A DNA stretch of 64,000 nt from Planktothrix sp. GU0601_MAG3 (GCA_035193785.1 CP136572.1:4500578-4564577); one strand, 5' to 3'. Positions 37,819-49,751 are shown, counted from the first letter of the stretch. Numbers and translations are program-made. Notes: generated by a model not told the origin, from the sequence alone.

Positions 37819-39919
37819 GTGCAACCTTATCCTCCAGAATCCTTTAATTCCCATCAACTCCCGAATCAACGGTGGTATATTTTCCCGCAAAAATCTGACC
37901 TGGCTCAACAATTGGCAGATACCCTGGGAATTATCCCCTTAGTCACCCAAGTTTTAATTAATCGTGGGATTGAAACCCCGGAAACAGGCGGAGGCTTTTT
38001 TAACTCCTGAATCTCAAATTTTACCCTCTCCCCTAGAGGAATTTAAGGATTTAGAAAAAAGTGTAGAATTATTAGAAAATGCGATTAATCAGGGAGATAA
38101 AATCGCAATTTGTGGGGATTATGATGCCGATGGTATGACCAGTACGGCTTTATTAATGCGATCGCTTTCTGCCCTGGGAGCTAATGTTAATTACGCTATT
38201 CCTAGCCGCATGAAAGAAGGCTATGGAATTAATACCCGAATAGTAGAAGAATTCCACCAAGAAGACGTTAAAATTATCCTGACGGTTGATAATGGGATTT
38301 CTGCCTATCAACCCATTGCTAGGGCTAAAGAATTAGGGTTAATTGTAATTATTACCGATCACCATGATTTACCTGAACAATTACCTCCAGCCGATGCCAT
38401 TCTCAATCCTAAATTATTACCTTTATTGTCCCCCTATCGAGGATTAGCCGGGGTGGGAGTTGCCTATGTTTTAGCCATTTGTTTGGCTCAAAAACTCGGT
38501 AAAATGCAAGGATTAGTCAATCCTTTGTTAGAATTATTTACATTAGGAACCATTGCCGATTTAGCCCCCTTAGTGGGAGTTAACCGCCGTTGGTTAAAAC
38601 GCGGGTTAAAGTTAATTCCCTATTCCCAAATCACCGGAATTCAAGCCCTAATTCAAGTGGCTGGAGTCTCCACCGGATATCAAGCAAAATCGGAAGAACA
38701 GCCGGAAAATTCCCTCCCATCTACCAATACTAAAACCCTAAAACCCGATGATATTGGCTTTCGTTTGGGGCCAAGAATTAACGCCATTGGACGGTTAGCT
38801 GATCCCCAAATTGTGATAGAATTATTAACCACAGAAAATATGGGAATTGCCTTAGAACGGGCAATGCAATGTGAACAAATCAATCAACAACGACAACTAT
38901 TATGTGAAGAAATTCAACAGGAAGCGATCGCTTGGGTTGAAGAACAACAGATTGATTTTAAACAAGAACGGGTGTTAGTTGTTGTCCAACCAGAATGGCA
39001 TCATGGCGTGATTGGAATTGTTGCTTCTCGGTTAGTAGAAAGATATGGTGTTCCCGTGTTTATTGGAACCTATGAACAGTCAGAAGATGATACAGAATCC
39101 CCTAAAATAGTTCGAGGTTCAGCCCGGGGAATTTTGGAATTTGATATTTTTAAAGCCTTGGAATATTGTCAAGATTTACTGGGTAAATTCGGAGGACATA
39201 AAGCCGCCGGAGGGTTTTCTTTCCCCGCAGAAAACTTGGAGCAAATTAAAACCCGTTTAAGTGAATTTGCCCATCAATGTTTAGAATTAGAACATCTTAA
39301 ACCCTTAATTAAAATTGATGCTCAAGCCAATTTAAGTGAAATTAATTTTAATCTCTATGATCAAATTAATCAACTCCATCCCTGTGGCATAGAAAATAAC
39401 GCCCCCACCTTTTGGACACCTAACGTGCGAATTGTTAAACAAAAAGTTGTGGGAAAAGGACATATTAAACTTACCTTAACCCAAGATAAATTTTCCCATA
39501 CTCAACTAACTGCCTTACCCACAATTAATGCCATGGCTTGGCGTTGGGCGGACTATTTTCCCCTTCCCCACTGTTTAGATATCGCCTATCAATTAAAAGA
39601 AAATAACTGGAATGGTCAAACCAATATTGAGTTAGAATTAGTTGGGGCAAGATTACCCGAATCTCCAGAAATCCAACATTCTCAAGTTAATAAAAGTGTA
39701 GAATTTGACTATAATAATAAACAATATAGTTGTAGTTTATCTTATATTGGTGAAACCCAAGAATTAAAAATCCGTAATCAGAAAGGGGAAGTATTAGCTA
39801 TAAAAAAAGGTCAACGTTTTGGACTCTTAGGAAAAAGCCGTCAGGATGCTCAAACTGTTGATGTGTCCCAACCTGTTTTTTATAATTTAATTCAGGCGGC
39901 AGTTAGAGCGTTAGAATAA
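37819..39919 (+). CDS. recJ: ssDNA exonuclease RecJ (frame break at about 37983)
   Basis: GDYDADG, TVDNG, TDHH, GGHKAAGG. Confidence 0.93.
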
Positions 39920-39972
39920 AGTGATAGTTAGTAACCGTTCTAAAATCTAACAATGTACCTGGTATTTGATCA

Positions 39973-41605
39973 ATGGCTAACAAAAATCAACACTCAACCG
40001 AAGAACAACTTTTAGTTCAAAATCATGCCCGAATTGGTCAAGGTTTAATTTATTTGGCGCAAGGTTTATTAATGTTTGTTAAAGAAACTTTACAACGCCG
40101 TTGTGGGAATAATTGGGAAACTGTTGTAAAAAACTGTTTGGCTGATAAACAATTTCATATTCAAGGCGATCAAGTTAATATTGAAGATTGCCAAGCTTTA
40201 CTCCAAATTATTATTAAAGAACGAGATGGGGCTTTTTACAATACTCTGAGTCGGGATAATATTAGTTTGATCTTTGATTTAGGGGATATTCGTCGAAAAT
40301 GGGCTCATCCTCGGCTTAATGATTGGATTAAATTAAAATACTTTACTTCTCAATATACCTATCGTTCTTTAGATAAAATGTTACAAGTTCTTGAAGCCAT
40401 TCAAGCTAAAGATGGAATCGGTGAAGTCAAACAATTAATGGCTGAAGTCCTCCCTCTGTTACAAGAAAAGCCTGAATATGAGAATCAATTACAATCTCGT
40501 TTAATTCAGGAAAAAACAGAAGGATTTGTTGGACGTGAATTTGTTTTTGATGCCATTCAAACCTTTTTAGATCATCAACCTAATGGTTATTTTATAATAG
40601 AAGGAGATCCGGGCATTGGCAAAAGTGCAATTTTAGCGAAATATGTTGAGGAAACCGGATGTGTTGCCCATTTTAATGTTCGTTTCTCTGGGAGTTAACC
40701 GCGCCGAAAACTTTTTAGAAAGTATTTGCACTCAACTGATTAGCCGTTATAATTTACCATATCCTAATTTACCTGCGGACGCTAGAAAAGACGGTCAATT
40801 TTTTGCTAAACTATTAGATGAGATTGTTAGCAAGCAGAAATCAGGAACAAAACTTATCATCGCTGTTGACGCATTAGATGAAGTAGATCACAGTGATCAT
40901 AGCGGGGCGAATATCCTGTATTTACCGATTATCTTACCGAAAGGAGTTTATTTTCTACTTACGCAACGACCTATTAGCCTACCTTTGACGGTTACTACAC
41001 CTATTCATCGGTTTAACCTGATGCAATATCAAGCGGAGAGTTTAGCAGATATTAAAACCTATATTCGGGAGGCATTAAAGCGTCCTCAGTTAAACGCATG
41101 GGTGCAAAATCAAGGGTTAACTGAAGAAAATTTTATCACACAATTAGCGGATAAAAGTGAAAATAATTTCATGTATTTACGCTATATTTTAGGCGATATT
41201 GAAATAGGGAAATATCAAAATTTAACGATTAATCAACTTCCCCAAGGGTTGCAAGCCTATTATGAAGACCATTGGCGACAAATGGGGATGATGACGAAAC
41301 CCTTACCCCGAACAAAAATTAAAATTGTTTATATTTTATCGGAATTACGGGAAACAGTCTCCCGTGATTTAATTGTTGATTTTGTTCAAGAAGATGCGTT
41401 AACTGTTCAAGAAGTGTTAGAAGAGTGGGAACAATTTTTGCGTGAAGAAGTGATAGGTGGCGAAACTCGTTATGGGATTTATCATCAAAGTTTTTGCGAC
41501 TTTTTAGCGCGTAAAGATATTGTCCAGGCGGCAGGAGTCACCTTATCAGGAATTAATGCTCAAATTGCCGATAATTTAACCGGAGGAATCTTTGGTCATG
41601 GGTGA
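39973..41605 (+). CDS. Swt1-like HEPN domain fused to STAND/NACHT-like P-loop ATPase (frame break at about 40684)
   Basis: RRKWAH (RX4H), FVGRE, Walker A GDPGIGKS, Walker B IIAVDALDE, YHQSF. Confidence 0.75.
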
Positions 41606-44522
41606 AATTCGCGTTTGGTTAGATACTATGACTCCTGAAAAACGAGAATATACATTAAAGTATACTCCTAGTCATTTAGCAAAAGCAGGGTCTGTTAATC
41701 AGTTATTTTGTTGTTTAACAAGTTTTGAGTTTATTCAGGCAAAATTATTGATTTGTGGAGTCGAAGCGTTAATAGAAGATTATCAGTTAGGATTAAATAG
41801 TGCCAATATTATCTTATCAGAAGAACAAGCACAAACCTTGAGATCAATACAAGGTGCTATTCGCCTAGCTTCTCATATTTTAAAAGAAGATAAAACTCAA
41901 TTAGCAGCACAGCTAGTCGGACGTTTACTGGAGTTTGAAAATCCTCTGATTCAAAATTTTTTAGAAGACATCAAAATTAATCAAACAACACCTTGGTTAC
42001 GTCCATTAGAAGGAAGTTTAACAAAACCTGATAGTCCCTTGTTGCGGACTCTTGTGGGTCACACCGATGAAATATTAGCGTTAGAAGTGACTCCTGATAG
42101 TCAATGGTTAATTTCGGCTTCTGAGGATCATACAATTAAGGTTTGGGATATTGCAACTGGACAAGAAATTTATACCTTAACAGGTCACACCGGAAGTGTA
42201 TTAACTTTGGTTTTAACTTCTGATGGGAAACAAGTGATTTCAGGGTCAGCAGACCATACAATTAAAGTTTGGAGCTTAGAAACTGGACAGGAAATTTATA
42301 CTTTGAGGAGTCATCAAGGAATTATCCCGACATTAGCATTAAGTTCTGATGGTAAAATATTGTATTCCGGTTCTGAGGATAAAACGGTTAAACTGTGGAG
42401 TTTAGAAACACAACAAGAAATTGCTGGTTTTGAATGTCAACAAAGTATTCTTTCTTTAGCAGTTACACCAGACAACAATAAGTTAATTGCTTGTTTAGAA
42501 AATGGTTTTTTACAAATTTGGGATTTGAAAACATTAAGTTTAGTCAATAATTGGGTTATCTTGAAAATTGAAAAAAATCCAATACGTTTATATAATGCTG
42601 TTCCTGATATATTAAATTTGATATCAGAATATCATCAAAATAGACATAATTTTGAATTAAGTTCCTTAATTGAAGTATTTTCAAGATTTAAAATTTTATA
42701 TATAAAAAATAACTTTTTGTGTTTAAATATAAACCATAAAAATAATACTTTTTCTTACACAGATAGCTTTATTTGTACTCTAAATATTGATTTTCCATCA
42801 ATATTTATTATTGAACTTAAATTAAGTTCTAATGGGATCGTCAATACAAAATTTACTCATAATCTACAAAACTTAATTTACTCTTATAATTACTACGATG
42901 ATATAGGTAACTCGCTAGTTTCTGATATGAAGACAATTATTTATGATTGGGAAAACGAAGAAGAAATCAATAATTTTAATCAATATTTCTCTGATTTTCA
43001 ATTTACTCCTAATCAAGATAAATTTATAGGTATTTTAGGAGAAAATACTATTCAAATTTTTGATTGGCATAAAATGATCAATTTTATTGAAAAAGAAAAT
43101 AAACAAAATATTTATCCTACATCTCTCAAAATTACTGATGATGAAAAATGGTTAATTGTTTATTATATCAGCAATGATATTGGAGAGAATAGTTTTATGC
43201 TTTATAGTCTAGAATCAAGAGCATTTCACCTAGATGATGCACTAGATTATATAAAAATTAGTTCTGATAGTAAATACATAGTTTGGAGACCTTTTTTATC
43301 CGATGAATTAAAAGTCTATGATCTTGAAAAAAATGAAGTTATTTTAAATTTAGAAGATGAATCAGAAGTTCATTCTTTTTCTTCTAAAACCACGAAAATA
43401 CATGATAATTTTCTATTTACGATAGATAATCATAAATTTTTAGTTTATGATTTACAGGATAAAGATAATATAAAAGAGTTGGATGAAGAAATTATTGATT
43501 TCCATATTTTAGAAGGAACTTCAAAATTTATTATTTGCCTTCCAGATAAAACTATAAAATTTATAGACGTTGAGGAAGATAGAATTATTGAATTTAATCA
43601 ATATAAAGAAGAAAAATATATTTTAATGGAGGAAAAAATATTAGAATCAAGAAAAATAAAAATATTAGAATCAAGAAAAACCAATGCGTTAGAAGAAGAT
43701 GATGAAGATCTATTATTTAGTTTTTTTGGTTTAGATACCTATAAAATATTACCTTATATAGAATCAGTCCTAGCCAATGATAAATTTGCTATTTCTGGCT
43801 ATTATGGTGGACATCATGAAAAAAGATCAGAGAAAACCATTTGGAATATAGAGACAGGAGAAGAATTATTTTGTGTGGATGGAGAATTTATTACAGTTAC
43901 TCCTGATGCAAAAAAAGCAATATTTTATTCTTTAAAAGACTCAAAAAATATTCATAATGAATCTATATTTCATACTTTGATAAGTTGGAGTTTAGAACAA
44001 ACTTATACAATTACTAACAATACAGCATCAATCAAGTTTATAGATGTAACGAAAGATAGTAAGTTACTTTTTATCCAAACATTTGAAAAAAATAATGATG
44101 CAATACTTCGTAATTTAGAAGTTTGGAATTTAGAAACAGGTCAACAAGTTTATACAATCAATTTAACAGGATCTATTTTATTTGTTCAAATAAACACTGA
44201 TAATAGTAGAATGCTTGTAGCTACAAATGATCAATATTTGAGAATTTTTAACTTAGAAACTGGACAGGAAATTTTTAAAATAAAAAATCAGTGGAATGAT
44301 TCTCAAAAAGAAGTAACTATTACTCCAGATTTTCAAAAAGTTATTTCAATTTATAAAAGCAATAATCTAATCGTCTGGGACTTAGAGACAGGAAAAGTTA
44401 AAGCTACTTTTACAGCCGATAATCCTTTAGCTTGTTACACGGTTTCTCCTGATGGAAAAACAATTGTAGCTGCTGAAACATTCAGAAAACTTCATTTCCT
44501 AACCTTAGAAGATGGAGAATAA
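41598..44522 (+). CDS. WD40-repeat protein with N-terminal helical domain
   Basis: GH...WD repeats (GHTDEI..IKVWD, GHTGSV..IKVWS); GGAGG RBS at 41582; ATG overlaps the upstream stop. Confidence 0.85.
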   Translation: MGEIRVWLDTMTPEKREYTLKYTPSHLAKAGSVNQLFCCLTSFEFIQAKLLICGVEALIEDYQLGLNSANIILSEEQAQTLRSIQGAIRLASHILKEDKTQLAAQLVGRLLEFENPLIQNFLEDIKINQTTPWLRPLEGSLTKPDSPLLRTLVGHTDEILALEVTPDSQWLISASEDHTIKVWDIATGQEIYTLTGHTGSVLTLVLTSDGKQVISGSADHTIKVWSLETGQEIYTLRSHQGIIPTLALSSDGKILYSGSEDKTVKLWSLETQQEIAGFECQQSILSLAVTPDNNKLIACLENGFLQIWDLKTLSLVNNWVILKIEKNPIRLYNAVPDILNLISEYHQNRHNFELSSLIEVFSRFKILYIKNNFLCLNINHKNNTFSYTDSFICTLNIDFPSIFIIELKLSSNGIVNTKFTHNLQNLIYSYNYYDDIGNSLVSDMKTIIYDWENEEEINNFNQYFSDFQFTPNQDKFIGILGENTIQIFDWHKMINFIEKENKQNIYPTSLKITDDEKWLIVYYISNDIGENSFMLYSLESRAFHLDDALDYIKISSDSKYIVWRPFLSDELKVYDLEKNEVILNLEDESEVHSFSSKTTKIHDNFLFTIDNHKFLVYDLQDKDNIKELDEEIIDFHILEGTSKFIICLPDKTIKFIDVEEDRIIEFNQYKEEKYILMEEKILESRKIKILESRKTNALEEDDEDLLFSFFGLDTYKILPYIESVLANDKFAISGYYGGHHEKRSEKTIWNIETGEELFCVDGEFITVTPDAKKAIFYSLKDSKNIHNESIFHTLISWSLEQTYTITNNTASIKFIDVTKDSKLLFIQTFEKNNDAILRNLEVWNLETGQQVYTINLTGSILFVQINTDNSRMLVATNDQYLRIFNLETGQEIFKIKNQWNDSQKEVTITPDFQKVISIYKSNNLIVWDLETGKVKATFTADNPLACYTVSPDGKTIVAAETFRKLHFLTLEDGE

Positions 44523-44601
44523 GTCAAAAGTATAAGTAGTGTGAGCGTCCTCGCTCGCTAGGGTGCATAGTTTAAATACTTATTAACAACCTTAAACAAA
44601 C

Positions 44602-44636
44602 AAAAAAAAATCTCCACCATAACGGCGGAGATTTTT
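44602..44636. terminator. probable bidirectional intrinsic terminator
   Basis: A9-TCTCC...GGAGA-T5 hairpin between convergent WD40 and psaI genes. Confidence 0.65.
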
Positions 44637-44655
44637 AGTAAATCAAAAACAAAAA

Positions 44656-44772
44656 TTAGGCTTCGCTTTCAATGTGGATGAATAATAAACCCATTACCAC
44701 AACTGGCATTAACCAGCAAACCACGGGAATTAAAATCCAAGGTAAAAAAGAAGCTGCGTATGCTCCGGTCAT
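44656..44772 (-). CDS. psaI: photosystem I subunit VIII
   Basis: [38 protein letters not shown]. Confidence 0.95.
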   Translation of the reverse strand: MTGAYAASFLPWILIPVVCWLMPVVVMGLLFIHIESEA

Positions 44773-44827
44773 ATCAAATTCTCCTATTGTAATGTTAGAA
44801 AGTTTTGACGTTTGGCAAAAAGCTAAA

Positions 44828-45301
44828 TTAGCTATTGACAAAGCCTCGGAACATAGAATCAAGTAAACCGAGGTTTTCCAGTAGGAAAAAGGCAACAAAA
44901 GCGCCGCCCGCCGCACCGACGAAGAAACCGCCAGCAAACTGACTCCAACCTTCAGAGGTTTGGAGAGAATCGCCAGTATTTGAATCGCCTTTTTGGAAAG
45001 AAACTAATCCGTAAGCAGATAAACAAATTGTGGCAATCAAAATTAAGGCAATGCCTGAGATTAATCCACCTAAATTAGCCGCGCTGGGATGATCGCGTAA
45101 TGGCCCAAGTTTGATCCAGGGCCCGACTAAAAAGTAACCGTGAGCCATACCGACTTCTAAACCCCGGAGTAAAGGAGATAAACCTTTACGGTAGGCGGGT
45201 AAATTCCCGATAAAAGCACGGGTAAAATCGGAATCGCTGATAGGCGTGGACAAATGGCCGACAAATGGATCGCCATTATAGGGTTTAATCAATTCTGCCA
45301 T
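44828..45301 (-). CDS. psaL: photosystem I subunit XI
   Basis: [31 protein letters not shown]. Confidence 0.96.
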   Translation of the reverse strand: MAELIKPYNGDPFVGHLSTPISDSDFTRAFIGNLPAYRKGLSPLLRGLEVGMAHGYFLVGPWIKLGPLRDHPSAANLGGLISGIALILIATICLSAYGLVSFQKGDSNTGDSLQTSEGWSQFAGGFFVGAAGGAFVAFFLLENLGLLDSMFRGFVNS

Positions 45302-45503
45302 GGGGTTTCTTTCTCCTCTAATTATTGAAGAACTTGTAGCAGTTATTAAGCTCATATTTTACGCAGGGATAGGTGATCTCGTTACCAAAATGAGCATAAG
45401 CTTCAAAAAAGTTCACATCTCCCCGTCGGGGGGTATATCTGATGTCAAGGCGAGGATTAACAAAACAGGTTAAGATTTAACCAATTATTGAGGAACTAGG
45501 ATC

Positions 45504-45951
45504 ATGAATCACCGACTAAAATCTCTTAGCTATGCCATGTTTGGGGCGATCGCATCAACAATGTTCGCCACCTCTGTCAAAGCTGAAACCCATGTTTAAG
45601 GACTATCCCACCACCTATCAACCCTTTGCGGAAGAATTTATGCGGGCGGCCTCGAGAACCTCTGGGGATGTGTTTAAAAATAAATCCTTACTGGGTCAAA
45701 TGTCTACCTATTTAGGAGTTAGTTTTCCTTGGCCCAACGGTATCAATGGTTTTCCCGAAACCCTAATGACCAATGACGCCCGACTGGTGAATCAAGTGTA
45801 TCGGGATGGAATGCTGCGCCAAACCAGTAGCGACCCGATTATTCGTACAGCCGATTTAATTAATCCCTACAACACCTCGATTCTGAACCAATCCACATAT
45901 CGGGATCTTGACCTTCAAACCTCCCCAGGATTGCCTGTACAACGTCGCTAA
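45504..45951 (+). CDS. hypothetical secreted protein (frame break at about 45587)
   Basis: MNHRLKSLSYAMFGAIASTMFATSVKA-EP signal peptide after correction; SDPIIRTADLINPYNTS. Confidence 0.7.
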
Positions 45952-45975
45952 GGCGATTCACAGGTCTGTTTCCAT

Positions 45976-46007
45976 AAAAAAACTGCCGATCTTCCAGATC
46001 AGCAGTT
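45976..46007 (-). terminator. probable intrinsic terminator
   Basis: AACTGCCGATCT-TCC-AGATCAGCAGTT hairpin with an adjacent A-tract. Confidence 0.55.
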
Positions 46008-46098
46008 AATTGGATAAGCTCCTTTTTTTGTAGAATCCCAAGTCTATAGACTCAAAAATACTTTTTTTGCTCCCATATTCAAGAATATAGTTTCGGAG

Positions 46099-46605
46099 TT
46101 AATCATTTGTGGTAGGGGTCAAATGACGTCCCATAATCACTAAATCTCGCTCAATTCCATCTAAATCAGCAACTCTGGGTAAATAGCCCCATTGTTCAAA
46201 ATCAAAGCGTTTAAATAATTCTAAACTGGGTTGATTGTGGGCAAAAATTAACGCCAGTAAAGCTTTTAATCCCAAACTAGGACTACGATGCACCGCTTGG
46301 GCTAATAGTCTTTTTCCGATTCCCTGACCTTGATATTCAGGATGAACATAAATACTCACTTCCGCCGTGCTGTTATAAGCTGGACGGTTATAAAAGACTT
46401 GGAAACTCAACCATCCTAGAATTTGTTCATCTAACTCGATTACCCAAACCGGACGAGTTTGAGCTTGATGTTCCTGATACCAAGGAATTCGACTTTCCAC
46501 CGATATCATTTCCAGGTCTGCTGTTGCCATCCGTCCTGGAATCGCGGCATTATAAATATCAACTATCGCGGGTAAGTCCGTCTCAACTGCATCCCGAATT
46601 TTCAT
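46099..46605 (-). CDS. GNAT N-acetyltransferase (phosphinothricin acetyltransferase-like)
   Basis: IVDIYN, RPAY, EVSIYV..QGQGIG. Confidence 0.88.
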   Translation of the reverse strand: MKIRDAVETDLPAIVDIYNAAIPGRMATADLEMISVESRIPWYQEHQAQTRPVWVIELDEQILGWLSFQVFYNRPAYNSTAEVSIYVHPEYQGQGIGKRLLAQAVHRSPSLGLKALLALIFAHNQPSLELFKRFDFEQWGYLPRVADLDGIERDLVIMGRHLTPTTND

Positions 46606-46622
46606 TATTTTTAACAACTGTT

Positions 46623-46729
46623 TGGGAATAGGGTAATGGGTAATGGGTAATGGGTAATGGGTAATGGGTAATAGGTTTTGGGTAATGGGTAATAGGTTTT
46701 GGCTGATAGGTTTTGGGTTTTGGGTAATA
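46623..46729. repeat. degenerate heptamer array (TGGGTAA/TAGGTTT)
   Basis: Seen directly. Confidence 0.85.
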
Positions 46730-46944
46730 GTCATTAATTTTTTAAGTGTTATAATAGTATCAATAATCCCGGGAAATAGGCAATAGGTAATGGACAATGG
46801 GACGTAGGCAATAGTGATTTATTGTCTAAGTGTTCTCATCAGATCAATAGTCATTATCGTTTCCGATTGTTGCTCGTTTATTAAAGATTTTATATCTCCC
46901 CCATCGCCAGATTGTCTATCCCCTATCAATAGCTAAAAAACAAA

Positions 46945-47592
46945 ATGTCTATATTTTTTGTTAATGATGGCGGTAGTGCAATTATCAATATTGGGGGATT
47001 TAACCCGCCTAGTCAAGAATTGGTCACCCAGGGGATTGTTGTCCCTCCCATTATTACTAACCCGGTGTTGGGGGATGTCTATTTTGACTCAACAAAACTG
47101 AGTAATTCCCTTTCACAGCCACAGGTATTATTAGGGACGTCGGGCAATGATATTTTAACCGGAATGGAGGGAAATGATACATTCCAAGGGTTAAAAGGCA
47201 ATGATCTGCTTCAGGGTCAAGGGGGAGATGATATTCTCTTTGGCGGACAAGGCAATGATACCCTAATTGCCGGGTCAGGCAACGATCAATTAAGCGGTGA
47301 CCAGGGACAGGATTTACTCACCGGAAATTCCGGGAATGATATTTTTATTCTTCCCATTAGTGCCGCCGTTAGTAATATGAATACGGTTGATATAATTACG
47401 GATTTTATCGTGGGTGAGGATACAATTGGTTTAACTGAAGGTTTGAATCAAAATAATATTAATCTCATTCCCCTGGTGATTAGTGGAAGTCCAGGCACTT
47501 TAATTTCTGTGATCAATTCTCATCAGTTTTTGGGATTTGTGGCAAATGTCAGCCCCGGAGGTTTGATTAATCAATTTATTACCATTAATTAA
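46945..47592 (+). CDS. RTX (hemolysin-type Ca-binding) protein with PilQ-like N-terminal peptide
   Basis: GxGND nonamer repeats, C-terminal DIITDF..GEDTIGL; N-terminal FFVNDGG..GGFNPPS. Confidence 0.85.
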   Translation: MSIFFVNDGGSAIINIGGFNPPSQELVTQGIVVPPIITNPVLGDVYFDSTKLSNSLSQPQVLLGTSGNDILTGMEGNDTFQGLKGNDLLQGQGGDDILFGGQGNDTLIAGSGNDQLSGDQGQDLLTGNSGNDIFILPISAAVSNMNTVDIITDFIVGEDTIGLTEGLNQNNINLIPLVISGSPGTLISVINSHQFLGFVANVSPGGLINQFITIN

Positions 47593-47744
47593 AATCAAAC
47601 CCTGAATCGATAGTATAAATTATTATAAAAAATATTATAAAAATCTGAAATTTATGCTATTGATCATCAGAAATATTGACAGTCTTGAATATTTAAACTA
47701 GCTTGAAGTAGGATTCAACATTTTTTACAAAAAAGGAACAACAA

Positions 47745-49627
47745 ATGGCTACTTTCCAAGGAAACAGATTTAGGAGATGTTCTTCAAATCGGTGCTTTTC
47801 CACTAATTACCATTACCAAAGATGGTCAACCTCTGATTCCTCTGATTGCGATTCAAGAATCTGATTTAGCCGGAAATGATACTATCCTTTTATTAAATGG
47901 GCCAGATAAGGCCGATGGCGGAGCCGGAAATGATACCATTGATGCCGGAGCCGGAGACGATAATCCTATTAATAGCGGAGATGGTAATGATAGTATTACC
48001 CTAGGCGATGGCAATGACTATGGGATTGGCGATCTAGGAGATGATATTATCCTCGGTGGAAAGGGGAATGACACCGGTGATGGTGGCAAAGGAAACGATA
48101 TTTTCGATTTGGGAGAAGGAGATGATAACGCCATTGGTGGGGAGGGAAATGATACTTTCTTTGGCGGTTTAGGAACAAATAATCTCGATGGGGGCGATGG
48201 AATTGACTATCTTTCCTATGAAAAAGTCACCCCAACTTCTCCAGCCGGAGCTAATCGAATTACGGCTAATTTAACCACAAAGGGAGAAGTTTTAGATGGG
48301 GGTGGTATTGTGATTGCCACCGATAATATTACTGGGCCGATTGAAAATATAACTGGTGCTCCTGGTATTCCCAATAATCTGACTGGAGCCGGGGGAGATA
48401 ATATTTTAATTGGGGGTGCAGCCAGTGATAATTTGGTTGGAGCCGGAGGAAAAGATACCCTTCAAGGTGGTTTCGCCGATGATTTCTACACCGTTATTAC
48501 AACGGGTAATGGCACCCTAATTCAAGATGCCGGAGGAGCAGCAGACAGTCTTTTTATCCCAGGTGTAACGCTATTACTATCTGGCCCGAGTACAACGGGT
48601 TATGGTTTAGAAAGACAAGGAAAAAATCTCGCTATTGACTTAGATATTGATGGCAAAATTGACCTAACAAAAGATTTACTAATTGTGGATTTTTATGCCG
48701 ATACCACCACAAAAACCGCAGGTATAGGGTTAATTGAAAATGTGGTGAATCTTACAGGTCAAGATATTATTAACTCTAATATTCCCAACACCGCACCCCC
48801 TCCCACCTCTAATATTATCTGGACAACGCCCACCGCCTCCGTGAGTGATCCTGGGCCAGATGTTCCAGCCCCCGGGGGTGGAAATACCACGTTTGTTGAC
48901 CAAGGAATTACATCCTATCTGTTTACCAACGCCGCCGACAATGCCTTTGTCCCGGCCATTGCCAGCAACCTTTATGTTCAAGCCCTGAATGGAAATGATT
49001 TCATCGTTGGAAACCGCATCGGCCGATAATATTAATGGCAATTTAGGGGCTGATACAATTTTAGCTGCTGGGGGTAATGATGGCGATCGCAGTGTAACAA
49101 TTCCAGCCAATACCATCCGCACAGCCATTCGTGGCGGCAAGGGGTCAGATAACCTCGATGGTCAAGAAGGAGATGACCTACTGAATGGCAACCTGGAGAA
49201 TGACACCGTATTAGGAGGTGGGGGAAATGATATTGTTCGGGGTGGTAAAGGTGCAGACATCTTAGATGGGGGTGTGGGCGCAGATTACTTGATTGGAGAT
49301 GCGGATCAGGATAAACTCACGGGAGGAGCCGACGCCGATATTTTTATTCTACCCGGAGTATCCGTCGCCGCCACCAGCTTAAATCAAGCCGACCTAATCA
49401 CCGATTTCCTCGCCGGAACCGATAAAATTATGTTACCTTCGGGGACAACTTTTACCCAACTAACCTTAACGGCCGTTACCGTACAAGTTGATGGTAGTAC
49501 AGCAGTAGCATCCACATCAATTCAATCGGGAACAACCTTTTATGGGTTAGTACAAGGGATAACCCCAGTTCAACTCACCGCAGCCAACTTTATTGCAGAT
49601 GATCCTAATATTACTATTTTAGGATAG
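47745..49627 (+). CDS. large RTX Ca-binding surface protein (frame breaks at about 47763 and 49012)
   Basis: Two blocks of GGxGxD repeats, P/T-rich linker, DLITDF C-terminus; AAGGA RBS before ATG 47745. Confidence 0.82.
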
Positions 49628-49636
49628 ATATAGGTC

Positions 49637-49751
49637 AGAAACTGGGTTTCTTGATTTAGCTTTTTGTTAGTAGCAAAGGTTAACGCAGAAACCCGGTTTC
49701 TCAACTCATCTTTTTGTGATTAACAAAAGTTATTGCAGAAACCCGGTTTCT
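49637..49751. repeat. AGAAACCCGGTTTCT palindromes at 50-bp period (x3)
   Basis: Cores at 49637, 49687, 49737; family also at 52136, 52186, 53291. Confidence 0.85.

Noticed and set aside
39973..44522. Absence of HIP1 sites as proof of foreign origin
   Set aside because: An equally long or longer HIP1-free stretch occurs in the core pil region, so the gap is not informative.
49637..49751. Mini CRISPR array (regular repeats with 35-nt spacers)
   Set aside because: The repeat is only 15 bp, spacers are related to each other, and no cas genes or leader are present.
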